A stretch of 64,000 bases of DNA from assembly GCA_965200315.1 (NCBI GenBank), contig OZ241362.1:3488001-3552000 (forward strand). The letters are read 5' to 3'. The DNA comes from Candidatus Latescibacterota bacterium (GTDB lineage Bacteria; Latescibacterota; UBA2968; UBA8231). The first letter of the stretch is position 1. Each line of letters opens with the position of its first letter. The notes beneath the pieces were generated by a model that was given only the letters and a program-made list of their open reading frames with translations, had not been told where the DNA came from and searched no databases. A program made the translations under genes and the position numbers. Shown here piece after piece: positions 8,930 through 19,740 of the stretch.

Positions 8930-11302
8930 ATGCACAAGGTGGTCTATATGTCGATCTTGGCGACCTTGTTGGTCGTCTGCCCGCTAGCAGCCCAGACGGA
9001 GGCCAGCCTAAGTGGCGCAGTAACCGACGAGACTACTGGCGAGCCGCTGTTCGGGGCCACTATTCGCCTCGTGGGGACCTTGCTGGGGACCTCTACGAAT
9101 ATGAACGGTCAGTTTACATTGCCTATCGTGCCTCCGGGTGCCTATCAAGTGGAAATCAGTCTCATCGGTTATTCTACCTTCACCGATACCGTGCGGGTAG
9201 CCCCTAAAGAGAAGGCCCGCTTGGTCGTCGCCCTGACCCCCAGCCCCTTGCACATGGGCGAAATGCTGATTCATGGCGAACGGGCCTTCTCGGCGGCTTC
9301 CTCGCGGGCCGTGCGCCAATTCGACCTGCACATCCGGCCCAATCGCACGGCCCATCAGATGTTGCAACTCATGCCAGGGCTCATCATTGCCCAGCACGCT
9401 GGCGGCGGTAAAGCCGAACAGATCTTTCTACGCGGCTTTGACGCCGACCACGGCACCGATGTGGCCATTTCGGTGGATGGGGTGCCCGTGAATATGGTCT
9501 CCCACGGCCACGGGCAAGGCTACGCCGACCTGCACTTCCTCATTCCCCAAGTAGTCGAGAGTTTGGACGTCAAGAAAGGGCCGTACTTCGCCAAATTTGG
9601 CAATCTGGCTACGGCCGGGGCCATCGCCTATCACACCCGCGACCATCTCGACAACAATGCCATTCATCTCGAAGGAGGAGGTTTCAATACGGCCCAGTAC
9701 ACCATGCTCTATCAGATTCCGCTGGCCGGTCCCGAGCAAAGTGCCTATTTCGCCGGCAAGTACTATCGCACCGACGGCCCGGTCGAGCAGCCTCAGGGCC
9801 TACAGCGACTCAACATCTTCGGCAAGTACCATACTCGTCTTTCCGATCAAGCCATCCTCACCCTGACCACCAGCGGGTTCAGTTCGGCTTGGAACGCCTC
9901 TGGGCAGGTCCCCCAACGGGCAATAGACGAGGGCCTCATCAACCGCTGGGGGGCTATTGACGATTTGGAAGGTGGCATCACCGGCCGCCAAGATGTCCAA
10001 GTCAACTTCCACGTCCAAGGGACGGACCACAGTGACTTCAACCTACAGGCGTACTGGGTCAACTATCAGTTCAAACTGTTCTCCAATTTCACCTTCTTCC
10101 TCGATGATCCCGAGCGCGGCGACACCATCGAACAGACCGATGCCCGCCGGGTCGCCGGGATCAACAGCGACTATACCTTCCACCACGACTGGGGGCCCCT
10201 AGCCCATACCACCATAGGGGGCGGCCTGCGCACCGATAATGCAGCCGTGGGTTTGTGGAAAAGCCCCGATCGCCAACGCCTCGCCCCTCTGGTCGAGGCC
10301 GATGTTGTGGAGCGCAACCTGTTTTTGTGGGCCCAAGAGGAGATTGTCCTCACCCCGCGCCTGCAACTGGTGCTGGGCCTACGCGGCGATTATTTCACCT
10401 TCAATGTCGACGACCATCTCGAAGGGCACTCCACCGACTTGCCTCACGCTTCGGGCTTTGCCCAAGCCTCCATACTCAGCCCGAAAGCGTCCCTAGTGTA
10501 TAGCCCTATCCACGCCCTAGACCTTTTTGCCAATTTTGGCACCGGGTTTCACTCCAACGACGCCCGCAACAACGTCATCGACGCCCGCGCCTCGCAGATT
10601 CGTCGGGCCATACAGCGCGATGGGCGCAGCGAGGCCGATGTTGCCGCCGAGTTAGCAGAGTGGAACATCGATCCGGGACACCTCGAAGAAGGGACCTTAC
10701 CTCGGGCTGTGGGGGCCGAAACCGGCCTTCGGACCCGCTTGTTCGACCGGTTGACTTTGGGGGCGGCTCTGTGGTGGATGGACTTGGAGAGCGAATTCGT
10801 ATTTGTCGGCGATGCCGGCACCACCGAAGCCAGCGGAAAAACTCGGCGGTCGGGGCTGGATCTAGAAGCCCGTCTCCAACTGTGCTCTTGGCTGTGGGTT
10901 GATACCGACCTCAATTTTTCCCGAGGTAAGGCGGTGGACGAACCCGATGGTGCCGATAAAATTCCGCTGGCTCCCAACGGAACCTCTACTGGCGGCTTGA
11001 CTTGGCACCACCCCAATGGCTTGGAAGGCAGCTTGCGCTACCGCCATATCGACGATCGGCCCGCCAACGAGGATGGCAGTGTCACGGCTACGGGCTACAC
11101 TGTAGTCGATTTCAGCGGTGCCTATCAGCGAGGGGTTTGGCGGTTTAATTTGGGCGTAGAGAACGTGCTCAACACGACGTGGAACGAAGCGCAATTCGAC
11201 ACCGAATCGCGCCTGCGGGACGAAAAGGAACCTGTTTCCGAGATCCACTTCACCCCGGGAAACCCTATCAATATGCGGCTGGGGGTGAGTTTGCTGTTTT
11301 AA
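8930..11302 (+). CDS. TonB-dependent receptor with N-terminal carboxypeptidase-regulatory-like domain
   Basis: Signal peptide; GAVTDETTGEPLFGATI domain; plug QHAGGGKAEQIFLRGFDADHGTD; GVENVLN; C-terminal Phe; AGGAG SD. Confidence 0.92.
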   Translation: MHKVVYMSILATLLVVCPLAAQTEASLSGAVTDETTGEPLFGATIRLVGTLLGTSTNMNGQFTLPIVPPGAYQVEISLIGYSTFTDTVRVAPKEKARLVVALTPSPLHMGEMLIHGERAFSAASSRAVRQFDLHIRPNRTAHQMLQLMPGLIIAQHAGGGKAEQIFLRGFDADHGTDVAISVDGVPVNMVSHGHGQGYADLHFLIPQVVESLDVKKGPYFAKFGNLATAGAIAYHTRDHLDNNAIHLEGGGFNTAQYTMLYQIPLAGPEQSAYFAGKYYRTDGPVEQPQGLQRLNIFGKYHTRLSDQAILTLTTSGFSSAWNASGQVPQRAIDEGLINRWGAIDDLEGGITGRQDVQVNFHVQGTDHSDFNLQAYWVNYQFKLFSNFTFFLDDPERGDTIEQTDARRVAGINSDYTFHHDWGPLAHTTIGGGLRTDNAAVGLWKSPDRQRLAPLVEADVVERNLFLWAQEEIVLTPRLQLVLGLRGDYFTFNVDDHLEGHSTDLPHASGFAQASILSPKASLVYSPIHALDLFANFGTGFHSNDARNNVIDARASQIRRAIQRDGRSEADVAAELAEWNIDPGHLEEGTLPRAVGAETGLRTRLFDRLTLGAALWWMDLESEFVFVGDAGTTEASGKTRRSGLDLEARLQLCSWLWVDTDLNFSRGKAVDEPDGADKIPLAPNGTSTGGLTWHHPNGLEGSLRYRHIDDRPANEDGSVTATGYTVVDFSGAYQRGVWRFNLGVENVLNTTWNEAQFDTESRLRDEKEPVSEIHFTPGNPINMRLGVSLLF

Positions 11303-12068
11303 GAAGCGGTCTGAACGGGGCTCTCCAACATCAAAGTGCTTTAGTATCGTCTTTATCGCTTCAATGCTGTTATCTACACCTATCCAGTTGCGTTGCATTT
11401 CGTCTGCAACAGCAAGGGTTGTCCCAGAACCAGCAAAACAGTCAAGCACCATATCACCAGGATTAGAAGAAGCAGCAATAATTCTTCTAACTAATCCTGG
11501 ATTCTTTTCAGTTGGGTAGCCAGTAATTTTTATATTCTGGTTATGTGCATCGCCGAACTCCAACCATATATCCTGAACACCAACGCCCGGGTGTTTGTCG
11601 AGATAAACCTTTCTTCTTGGATTTCCGTTCTTCGACCAGCATATTTCTCCTCTCGCGTCCATTTCATCCAGCATTTCAGGCGTGTACTGCCAGTGTTTGC
11701 CTGGGGGAGGCATTTTATTCCTCCATGGCTTACCAGTTTTTCCCTTGCGCGTTCCCGGAGCATGAACAGGGACTTTCATATACTTCCGCCCAGTGCCCTC
11801 TTCGAAGTACTGGTATTCTTTTTTGCTGTCTACAGATAACGGAACAGTTTGTTTATTCCAGATATAATTATCTGTTTTGGTATAGAAGAGTACGAAATCT
11901 GCGATGTTGCCGTATGTTTTTCGCGTATAGTTTTTAGGATTACATTTCTTCCGAACAATTATATTTCTGTAGTTTTCTGATCCAAATACTTCATCCATGA
12001 TGAGTTTCATTTCAAAAATCATTTTTTCATCTAAGGGCATTGTCTTTTTTGGGGATACCGATTGCCAT
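11303..12068 (-). pseudogene. Site-specific DNA methyltransferase relic (type II, M.EcaI/BstEII-like by recollection)
   Basis: Start MAIGIPKK (ATG 12068) is joined out of frame to LDEKMIFEMKLIMDEVFG; YPTEKN and VLDCFAGSGTT are present; the catalytic DPP(Y/F) region is missing; low GC. Confidence 0.8.
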
Positions 12069-12080
12069 ATCTAATACCCT

Positions 12081-12735
12081 TTAGGAGTGTAACCAGTCCA
12101 TAGTGATACGCTCAGAGAACATTCTGAGTGTTACGACTTTCACTCTCCCAAGCCATGAATCTTCAATATAGGCGTAATCGCTTCACATTGAACCAAGAAG
12201 TAAACCTGGGCCATCGTTTAAGAATATCACTTTCACGTCTATGCCTTTTGATTCAGCATACCCGAGGATTTCACTTGCACAATCTCGATACTGACCTGTT
12301 CTATCGTCTTCTTGTGTTCCACCTCGATCAGAATCATAACGGGCCAAACCTATGGCGATTGGGTTGCCGTCGCTGAGCAATACAAAATCGACTGGACGTC
12401 CGGTTTGGGATAGTTTTCAAAAATTTCGCCAAGGGGCACGTCTTTTCCGGCACACTCTGGCCCAATAATATCAAGTTCAGAATATCCCTCTCGGATTATT
12501 GCGAATAAACGTTCTGTCAGGTCATACCCCTTCTCGCCGCGAACCTTATATTCCCAAAGAATAGCGCATAATGCCTCATCGGGCATGGGACGCGATTGGA
12601 ATGCCGACTGCACTTCGTTAATTGCACGAAAGCCTTTGCCAAACTGGTCGCATATATTTTGAGCCGCAGATTTCTTCTTCAGCATTTCTACTGGAGTTTT
12701 CGGGCTTACATATTTCCTAAATACTCGGCATAACT
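12081..12735 (-). pseudogene. Restriction endonuclease relic adjacent to the MTase
   Basis: LCRVFRKYVSP...LWEYKVRGEKGYDLT, a frame change near 12385, ARYDSDRGGTQEDDRTG, premature TGA at 12183 (GSM*SDY), natural stop 12081. Confidence 0.65.
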
Positions 12736-12976
12736 GTAACTTGCGAAACGGCTCGCACCGAGGCTGCTCCCAAGCCAACATGCCGCCTAAATCCTTGCAC
12801 CGCAAGGTGCCTTGCATCGCCTGCGAATCGTCGGCCGGCGAGCGAGCGATCTCGCCCATAAGGTCGCGGTGGCGGTCGATACTAGCGTTGAATTGGGCTA
12901 CCTCCTCGGCAGTCAGCACATCTTTGAGAACCGAATAGCCCGTCAGGTCAAAGAGGTACTTGCCGCCTGCGTTCAT
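12736..12976 (-). pseudogene. N-terminal fragment of a PhyH-family gene fused in frame to the REase relic
   Basis: MNAGGKYLFDLTGYSVLKDVL...GMLAWEQPRCEPFRKL parallels the intact 21354-22190 protein (KFLFDLQGF...GMLTWEQPHCQPFRDL). Confidence 0.75.
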
Positions 12977-13069
12977 GGCGGCTCCTTTGGAGTAAGTTAC
13001 GCTGAGAAGATGGCAAACTATCGCGCAGCAGAGTAGCCCATTGTCGCTGATTTTCCGTAATTATTGCTT

Positions 13070-14991
<1,922 letters not shown>

Positions 14992-14995
<4 letters not shown>

Positions 14996-15372
14996 AACGC
15001 AGAAACATACCGACTAGCAGCCCGTTTGGCGCAGAATTCGGTTATTCGCGCGCCGTGCGCGTGGATCGTCACGTCCACGTCGCTGGCACCTGCGCCCAGC
15101 CCCCGCACGACCAAGGCGATGCCTACGAGCAGGCCAAGGGCGCGTTGGGGATCATCGCCAAGGCGCTTGAGGAGACCGGAGCTAGCCTCGGCGATGTGGT
15201 GCGGACGGTCGTGTACATCACCGATGAAGCCCATGCCGCTGGCGTCACCCGCGCTCACCGCGAGGTGTTTGGCGCGATTTTGCCGGCCTCGACCTTGGTC
15301 GTAATAGCCGCGCTGCTAAAGCCGCACTTGGTCGTCGAGATCGAAGCGTACGCCATTTTGCCCAGCGCGTGA
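14992..15372 (+). CDS. RidA family protein
   Basis: GYSRAVR, DVVRTVVY, PASTLV, VEIEA. Confidence 0.9.
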
Positions 15373-16442
15373 ACAAAGATAGTCAGGTCCTGTCCATCGG
15401 CGTGTTGGGCTGCGGCCCCATCGCCCAATTCGCCCACTTTGAGTCGTGCATTAAGGGGCGCAATACGCGCCTGTACGCGCTGTGCGACCAAGCGCCGGAT
15501 TTAGTCGAGCGCATGGCGGCCGTTCACCAGCCGGAGAAAACCTACGCCGACTTTGCCGACATGCTCGCGGACCCGCAGGTGGAAGCGGTCATCATCGCCA
15601 CGGCCGATCCGTTCCACGTTCCGCTCAGCTTGCAGGCGCTGGCGGCTGGCAAACACGTCTTGGTGGAAAAGCCGCTGGGCACCAGCGTGGAGGAGTGCGA
15701 GGACTTGCGCCGGGCCATCGCCGACTCGGGCTGTACGCTCCAAGTAGGGCACATGAAGCGCTTTGATCCCGGCATTGCTTTTGCCCGGCAGTTCATCCGC
15801 GAGGAGATGGGGTCGCTGTTGGCCCTGAAGGCTTGGTACTGCGATTCGACCTATCGCTACACCATGACCGACAACCTCCAGCCCCTGCCGCTGCACAGCG
15901 CGGCGGCGCGCAAGCCAGCGGGCGATCCCAAGGCTGACAAGCGGTGCTACTTCATGCTGACGCACGGCTCGCATCTCATCGACCTAGCTCGCTTTTTGGG
16001 CGGCCCGCTCGCGGCCGTGCGCGGCCGATGCAAGGAGATGTTCGGGGCGTATTCTTGGTTTGTCGAAGTGGAGTTCGCCAGCGGCGGCCAAGGGCATCTC
16101 GACCTGACGGTCGCCGTGCGCATGGACTACCACGAGGGCTTTCACATTTATGGAGAGCACGGCAGTGTGGTCGGCAAGACCTACCTGCCGTGGTTTTTGA
16201 AATCCAGCGATGTCGAGTGCTTCTCCACGCGCGATGGCCAGTATCGCCGGCCGCTAGGGGCCGACGCGCATTTCTACCGCCTCCAACTCGAAGGTTTTGC
16301 CGACGTCGTCCTGCACGGTGCGCCCCAAATGGGGGCCGATGTGGAGGATGGAACCCAAACGATGCGGGCCATGGCCGCCATTGCCCGCTCGGTAGCCAGC
16401 GGCGATTGGGTCCGCTTGGCGACCGTCACCGGCGGCGTATAA
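15369..16442 (+). CDS. Gfo/Idh/MocA oxidoreductase
   Basis: GVLGCGPIA, GKHVLVEKP, GHMKRFDP, HGSHLID. Confidence 0.9.
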   Translation: MNKDSQVLSIGVLGCGPIAQFAHFESCIKGRNTRLYALCDQAPDLVERMAAVHQPEKTYADFADMLADPQVEAVIIATADPFHVPLSLQALAAGKHVLVEKPLGTSVEECEDLRRAIADSGCTLQVGHMKRFDPGIAFARQFIREEMGSLLALKAWYCDSTYRYTMTDNLQPLPLHSAAARKPAGDPKADKRCYFMLTHGSHLIDLARFLGGPLAAVRGRCKEMFGAYSWFVEVEFASGGQGHLDLTVAVRMDYHEGFHIYGEHGSVVGKTYLPWFLKSSDVECFSTRDGQYRRPLGADAHFYRLQLEGFADVVLHGAPQMGADVEDGTQTMRAMAAIARSVASGDWVRLATVTGGV

Positions 16443-16447
16443 TACCT

Positions 16448-17971
16448 ATGTCCTCAGCCAACCCTCGCTTATGGCCCCTCTACCTGCTCGGCGGCGTTGT
16501 CGTCCTAGCGCTCCTGTGGGTCTGGTTGCCCGAAGCCCCTCATCGACAGCGACAGATGATGAGCACGATGGCCGTCTTCATGCTGGCCGTTTTCTTCGCT
16601 TTGCTCTGGTTGCTCTTTGCGTCGCGGCTAGCTTGGGGCCGGCGCCTGCGCTATTTTGGCGGCATCGTCTTTGCCATTGCGCTTGGCATTGGGCTTTTTC
16701 GCATCAAGGGTATGAGCGGCGACTTCGCCCCGATTCTCGAATGGCGTTGGAGTACTGAGGGCGATGCCACCGCGGTCGAAGGAGGAGACGCAACCGCGCT
16801 CGACGCCCGCGATTGGCCGCAATTTCTCGGCCCCGAGCGCAACAACCGCCTGCGCGGCGTCCGCCTTGAGCGCGACTGGACCAAGCACTCGCCGCGCGAA
16901 ATCTGGCGTCGCCCCGTTGGCGCAGCGTGGTCTTCCTTTGCCATTGTCGGCGGCCGGGCCGTAACGCAGGAGCAACACGGCCCCGAGGAGCAGGTCGTCT
17001 GCTACGACTTGGCCACGGGCCGCAAGCTCTGGCAACACGCCGATTCGACTCGCTACGAGACCGCCATAGCCGGCATTGGTCCGCGCGCTACGCCCACCAT
17101 CGCCGGAGACCGGGTTTTCACGCTGGGTGCTACTGGGATCCTCAATTGTTTAGATCTGGCCAGCGGGGCGCTGATTTGGTCGCGGGATATTCTCACCGGC
17201 AACCAGGCGAAGGCCCATATGTGGGGCATTAGCTGTTCGCCGTTGGTTCTCGACAGCTTGGTTGTGGTCAGTGCTGGAGGCCCGGATGAGCGCTCGCTAG
17301 TGGCCTATCACCGCCAAACCGGCGCGTTTGTCTGGGGCGGGGGCGCAGACAAGGCCGGCTTCAGCTCGCCGCGTCTGGTCACTTTGGCTGGACGCGAGCA
17401 GATCTTGATCTTCAACAGCTACAGCGTCGTTGCACACGATCCGCAGAGCGGCGTTCCCCTCTGGCGTCAGCCCTGGGATCAGGTCGAATGCGTCGCCAAT
17501 CCCCTGCCTTTGCCCGGCGATCGGGTTTTGGTCTCCACCGGCTATGGCATTGGCGCCAAGCTGTACCAAGTAAACGCCGCGCCCGACGGCCGCTTGACGA
17601 GCGATGTCGTCTGGAAAAGCCCCCGGCTCAAGGCCAAGTTTGCCAACATGGTCTATCGCGCTGGTTTTGTCTATGGTCTCGACGATGGGGTGCTCGTCTG
17701 CCTCGACCCGCAAGACGGCAAGCGCCGCTGGAAGCGCGGGCGCTACGGCCACGGCCAGCTCATCCTGATAGACGATATCCTGCTAATAATGAGCGAATCG
17801 GGCGACGTGGTACTGGTCGAGGCCCGCCCGGACCGCCACGTTGAACTGGCGCGCATGACGGCCTTCGCGGGCAAAACTTGGAATGCCCCGGCCCTTGCCA
17901 CACCCTATCTGTTGGTGCGCACCGACAGCGAGGCCGCCTGCTACGAGCTGGCACTGGCAGATGGTGCCTAG
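16448..17971 (+). CDS. Membrane-anchored PQQ-like/BamB beta-propeller protein
   Basis: N-terminal TM helices, DWPQFLGPERN, GPRATP, CYDLATGRKLW-type repeats, KTWNAPAL. Confidence 0.85.
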   Translation: MSSANPRLWPLYLLGGVVVLALLWVWLPEAPHRQRQMMSTMAVFMLAVFFALLWLLFASRLAWGRRLRYFGGIVFAIALGIGLFRIKGMSGDFAPILEWRWSTEGDATAVEGGDATALDARDWPQFLGPERNNRLRGVRLERDWTKHSPREIWRRPVGAAWSSFAIVGGRAVTQEQHGPEEQVVCYDLATGRKLWQHADSTRYETAIAGIGPRATPTIAGDRVFTLGATGILNCLDLASGALIWSRDILTGNQAKAHMWGISCSPLVLDSLVVVSAGGPDERSLVAYHRQTGAFVWGGGADKAGFSSPRLVTLAGREQILIFNSYSVVAHDPQSGVPLWRQPWDQVECVANPLPLPGDRVLVSTGYGIGAKLYQVNAAPDGRLTSDVVWKSPRLKAKFANMVYRAGFVYGLDDGVLVCLDPQDGKRRWKRGRYGHGQLILIDDILLIMSESGDVVLVEARPDRHVELARMTAFAGKTWNAPALATPYLLVRTDSEAACYELALADGA

Positions 17972-18164
17972 GCGCAACGCTTCTAACAGGGAGGCCGTGG
18001 GTCAGCTCGGCGTCCTCGGGCTCGGTCAAAGCCCACTCCCTAGGACCATCCACGCTTCTTTTATCTCGCTTTTCGCTCCCCGATGCCGACGCAACCGGGC
18101 GGATTTGCCCGCTGCTCTGCCAATCGCCTTAATAGAGGGCCAAGCACTCGTAAGGAGGAAAGTC

Positions 18165-19034
18165 ATGGAAGACTATTCGCACATTCAGAAGCCAGACTTG
18201 GGCTATCGCTATGAGTTTGCCACCGACGAGCTCGACGCGATGGACAAATGCTTGGAGGCGCATGGCTTCGCGATAATTAAAGACGTACTGCCGCCGGAGA
18301 TCGTCGCCCGGCTCAAGCAGGCGGTGTGGGACGGCACGGACCCAGAGCGCACGTTGCAGCCGGGCGAAAGCCGCACGCGGCACGCTTGGATCGAGTCCGG
18401 CCCGGGTGCTTGGGAGGTGCTCGACTACGCGCCCTTCATGGACATTCACCGGCACCTGATCGGCACCGACGAGTTGACGATTCACCGCTCGGCTGCCATC
18501 ATCCGCCTGACCGGTTCCGCTCCGGTAGGGTGGCATACTGATTGGTGCGGCTATTCGACTGAGATCAAGCACTCGGGCGATGTGCTCAATCGCGGGTTGT
18601 GGCCGTCGGGTAAATGGTTTTACCTGACCGGTTCGCGGCCCGAGCACGGCGGCCTGTGCGTCATTGAGGATTCTCACGTTGAAAATTGGGAGGGGCCGGA
18701 GGGATTTTGCCTGACGGCCGACCGGCGCTCCTTCTACCCAGAAGGCACGGAGGAACGCAGCTACAACGGCTTCGACATCCCCGGCCTCGTCCCCCTTTTC
18801 ACCAATGGCGGCGACATGATCGTCTTCGCCCATCGCACGTATCACGGCGCGTTCCCCAACCGCACCGAAGAGACACGCCTCTCCTGCGGCATCGGCTTCC
18901 GCGCCCGCAGTCACCGCATCGACATCCCCTGGGAAATCCCCGAGGAAGGCCAGCGGTTTTTGGCCAACCTACCCGATCACTTGCGCCGCTATACGGATGG
19001 GTACACGAGCATCAATTTGGCGTGGCAGGGGTAG
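18165..19034 (+). CDS. PhyH/phytanoyl-CoA dioxygenase family protein
   Basis: HGFAIIKDVL, WHTD, GGLCVIEDSH, GDMIVFAHRTYHG; AAGGAGG SD. Confidence 0.85.
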   Translation: MEDYSHIQKPDLGYRYEFATDELDAMDKCLEAHGFAIIKDVLPPEIVARLKQAVWDGTDPERTLQPGESRTRHAWIESGPGAWEVLDYAPFMDIHRHLIGTDELTIHRSAAIIRLTGSAPVGWHTDWCGYSTEIKHSGDVLNRGLWPSGKWFYLTGSRPEHGGLCVIEDSHVENWEGPEGFCLTADRRSFYPEGTEERSYNGFDIPGLVPLFTNGGDMIVFAHRTYHGAFPNRTEETRLSCGIGFRARSHRIDIPWEIPEEGQRFLANLPDHLRRYTDGYTSINLAWQG

Positions 19035-19070
19035 GGACAATTCCATAAGCAAACCAAAGACAGCAAGCGA

Positions 19071-19106
19071 AGGCCCCGGTAGTATTTCTACTATCGGGGC
19101 TTTTTT
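19071..19106 (+). terminator. Rho-independent terminator
   Basis: GCCCCGGTAGTA-loop-TACTATCGGGGC followed by T6. Confidence 0.85.
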
Positions 19107-19166
19107 AATTTTCGTCTAGCTGTGTCTCACCCATGTTGGGAGTTGTTGAGACGGAGAAATTTTTAA

Positions 19167-19196
19167 TTGACAAGGGAGAAATATCCCTTTTATTAT
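19167..19196 (+). promoter_or_regulatory. Near-consensus sigma70 promoter with an operator-like inverted repeat in the spacer
   Basis: TTGACA-18 bp-TATTAT; AAGGGA (19172-77)/TCCCTT (19184-89). Confidence 0.65.
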
Positions 19197-19200
19197 TTTT

Positions 19201-19334
19201 TGTCTCCATTAAGCGTAGTGCCCGCTCTGTCGGGTCACTTGCTGAATAAAATAGCCTTTCTTCGGCACAGGGGTGGCTCCCTGGCGCCCGGCAAATAGGC
19301 AGGACTTCTCACTTCACTACGCGAGATGGAGACA
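19201..19334 (+). ncRNA. Candidate structured RNA or 5' leader of unknown family
   Basis: The two ends pair over 17 Watson-Crick bp: TGTCTCCAT/ATGGAGACA and GCGTAGTG/CACTACGC; three inner hairpins; begins at the predicted TSS. Confidence 0.5.
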
Positions 19335-19392
19335 TGGCCTGGCACCCTGCGAGGTCAGTGGCTCCTTATACCCTATTCTTGTGGAGGGAAGT

Positions 19393-19542
19393 ATGGAAGT
19401 TCTGACCAAAAGTTATCTCCCATATAATATCTCTCAAGTGGGTCAGAGCATCTGGAAACGAGGGTATCTCTTCGTCAAAAAATGCTTGACGCCAAAGGGC
19501 CAACGGGGTTTTACACAACGCTTCTTACGGGGGGTGACATGA
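19393..19542 (+). CDS. Candidate 49-aa basic leader peptide
   Basis: GGAGGG SD; MEVLTKSYLPYNISQVGQSIWKRGYLFVKKCLTPKGQRGFTQRFLRGVT; ATGA overlap with next ORF. Confidence 0.4.
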   Translation: MEVLTKSYLPYNISQVGQSIWKRGYLFVKKCLTPKGQRGFTQRFLRGVT

Positions 19543-19652
19543 GATGGTTTTTCATCTTTATCGGTACGTCCTTTATCGTGGTATTAATCGGTTTTCTTTA
19601 TAGTAAAATTGCCTCACGTCTCCTTAATAAGAAGTACAAAAAAAATGAATAG
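19539..19652 (+). CDS. Candidate 37-aa single-TM membrane peptide with basic tail
   Basis: MRWFFIFIGTSFIVVLIGFLYSKIASRLLNKKYKKNE; ATGA coupling; G-rich SD-like sequence. Confidence 0.55.
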   Translation: MRWFFIFIGTSFIVVLIGFLYSKIASRLLNKKYKKNE

Positions 19653-19740
19653 AAGGTCAATTCCCAGTTTCATCTATAACCTCTTATCCTTTTGTATCAT
19701 GTGGTAAGCCCGCACTCACCATTTCTCTAGGAGTAATCCC

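Noticed and set aside
10862-11302. C-terminal extension of the 392-aa MTase ORF
   Set aside because: Read-through into the antisense strand of the TonB receptor after the MTase truncation point
15944-16447. Long N-terminal extension of the PQQ-like ORF
   Set aside because: Overlaps the Gfo/Idh/MocA gene in another frame; ATG 16448 gives a normal N-terminus
19201-19334. Retron msr-msd, 6S RNA or tRNA identity for the structured RNA
   Set aside because: No reverse transcriptase in the window; shorter than and lacking the central bubble of typical 6S RNA; no T-loop or CCA. Kept as unassigned.
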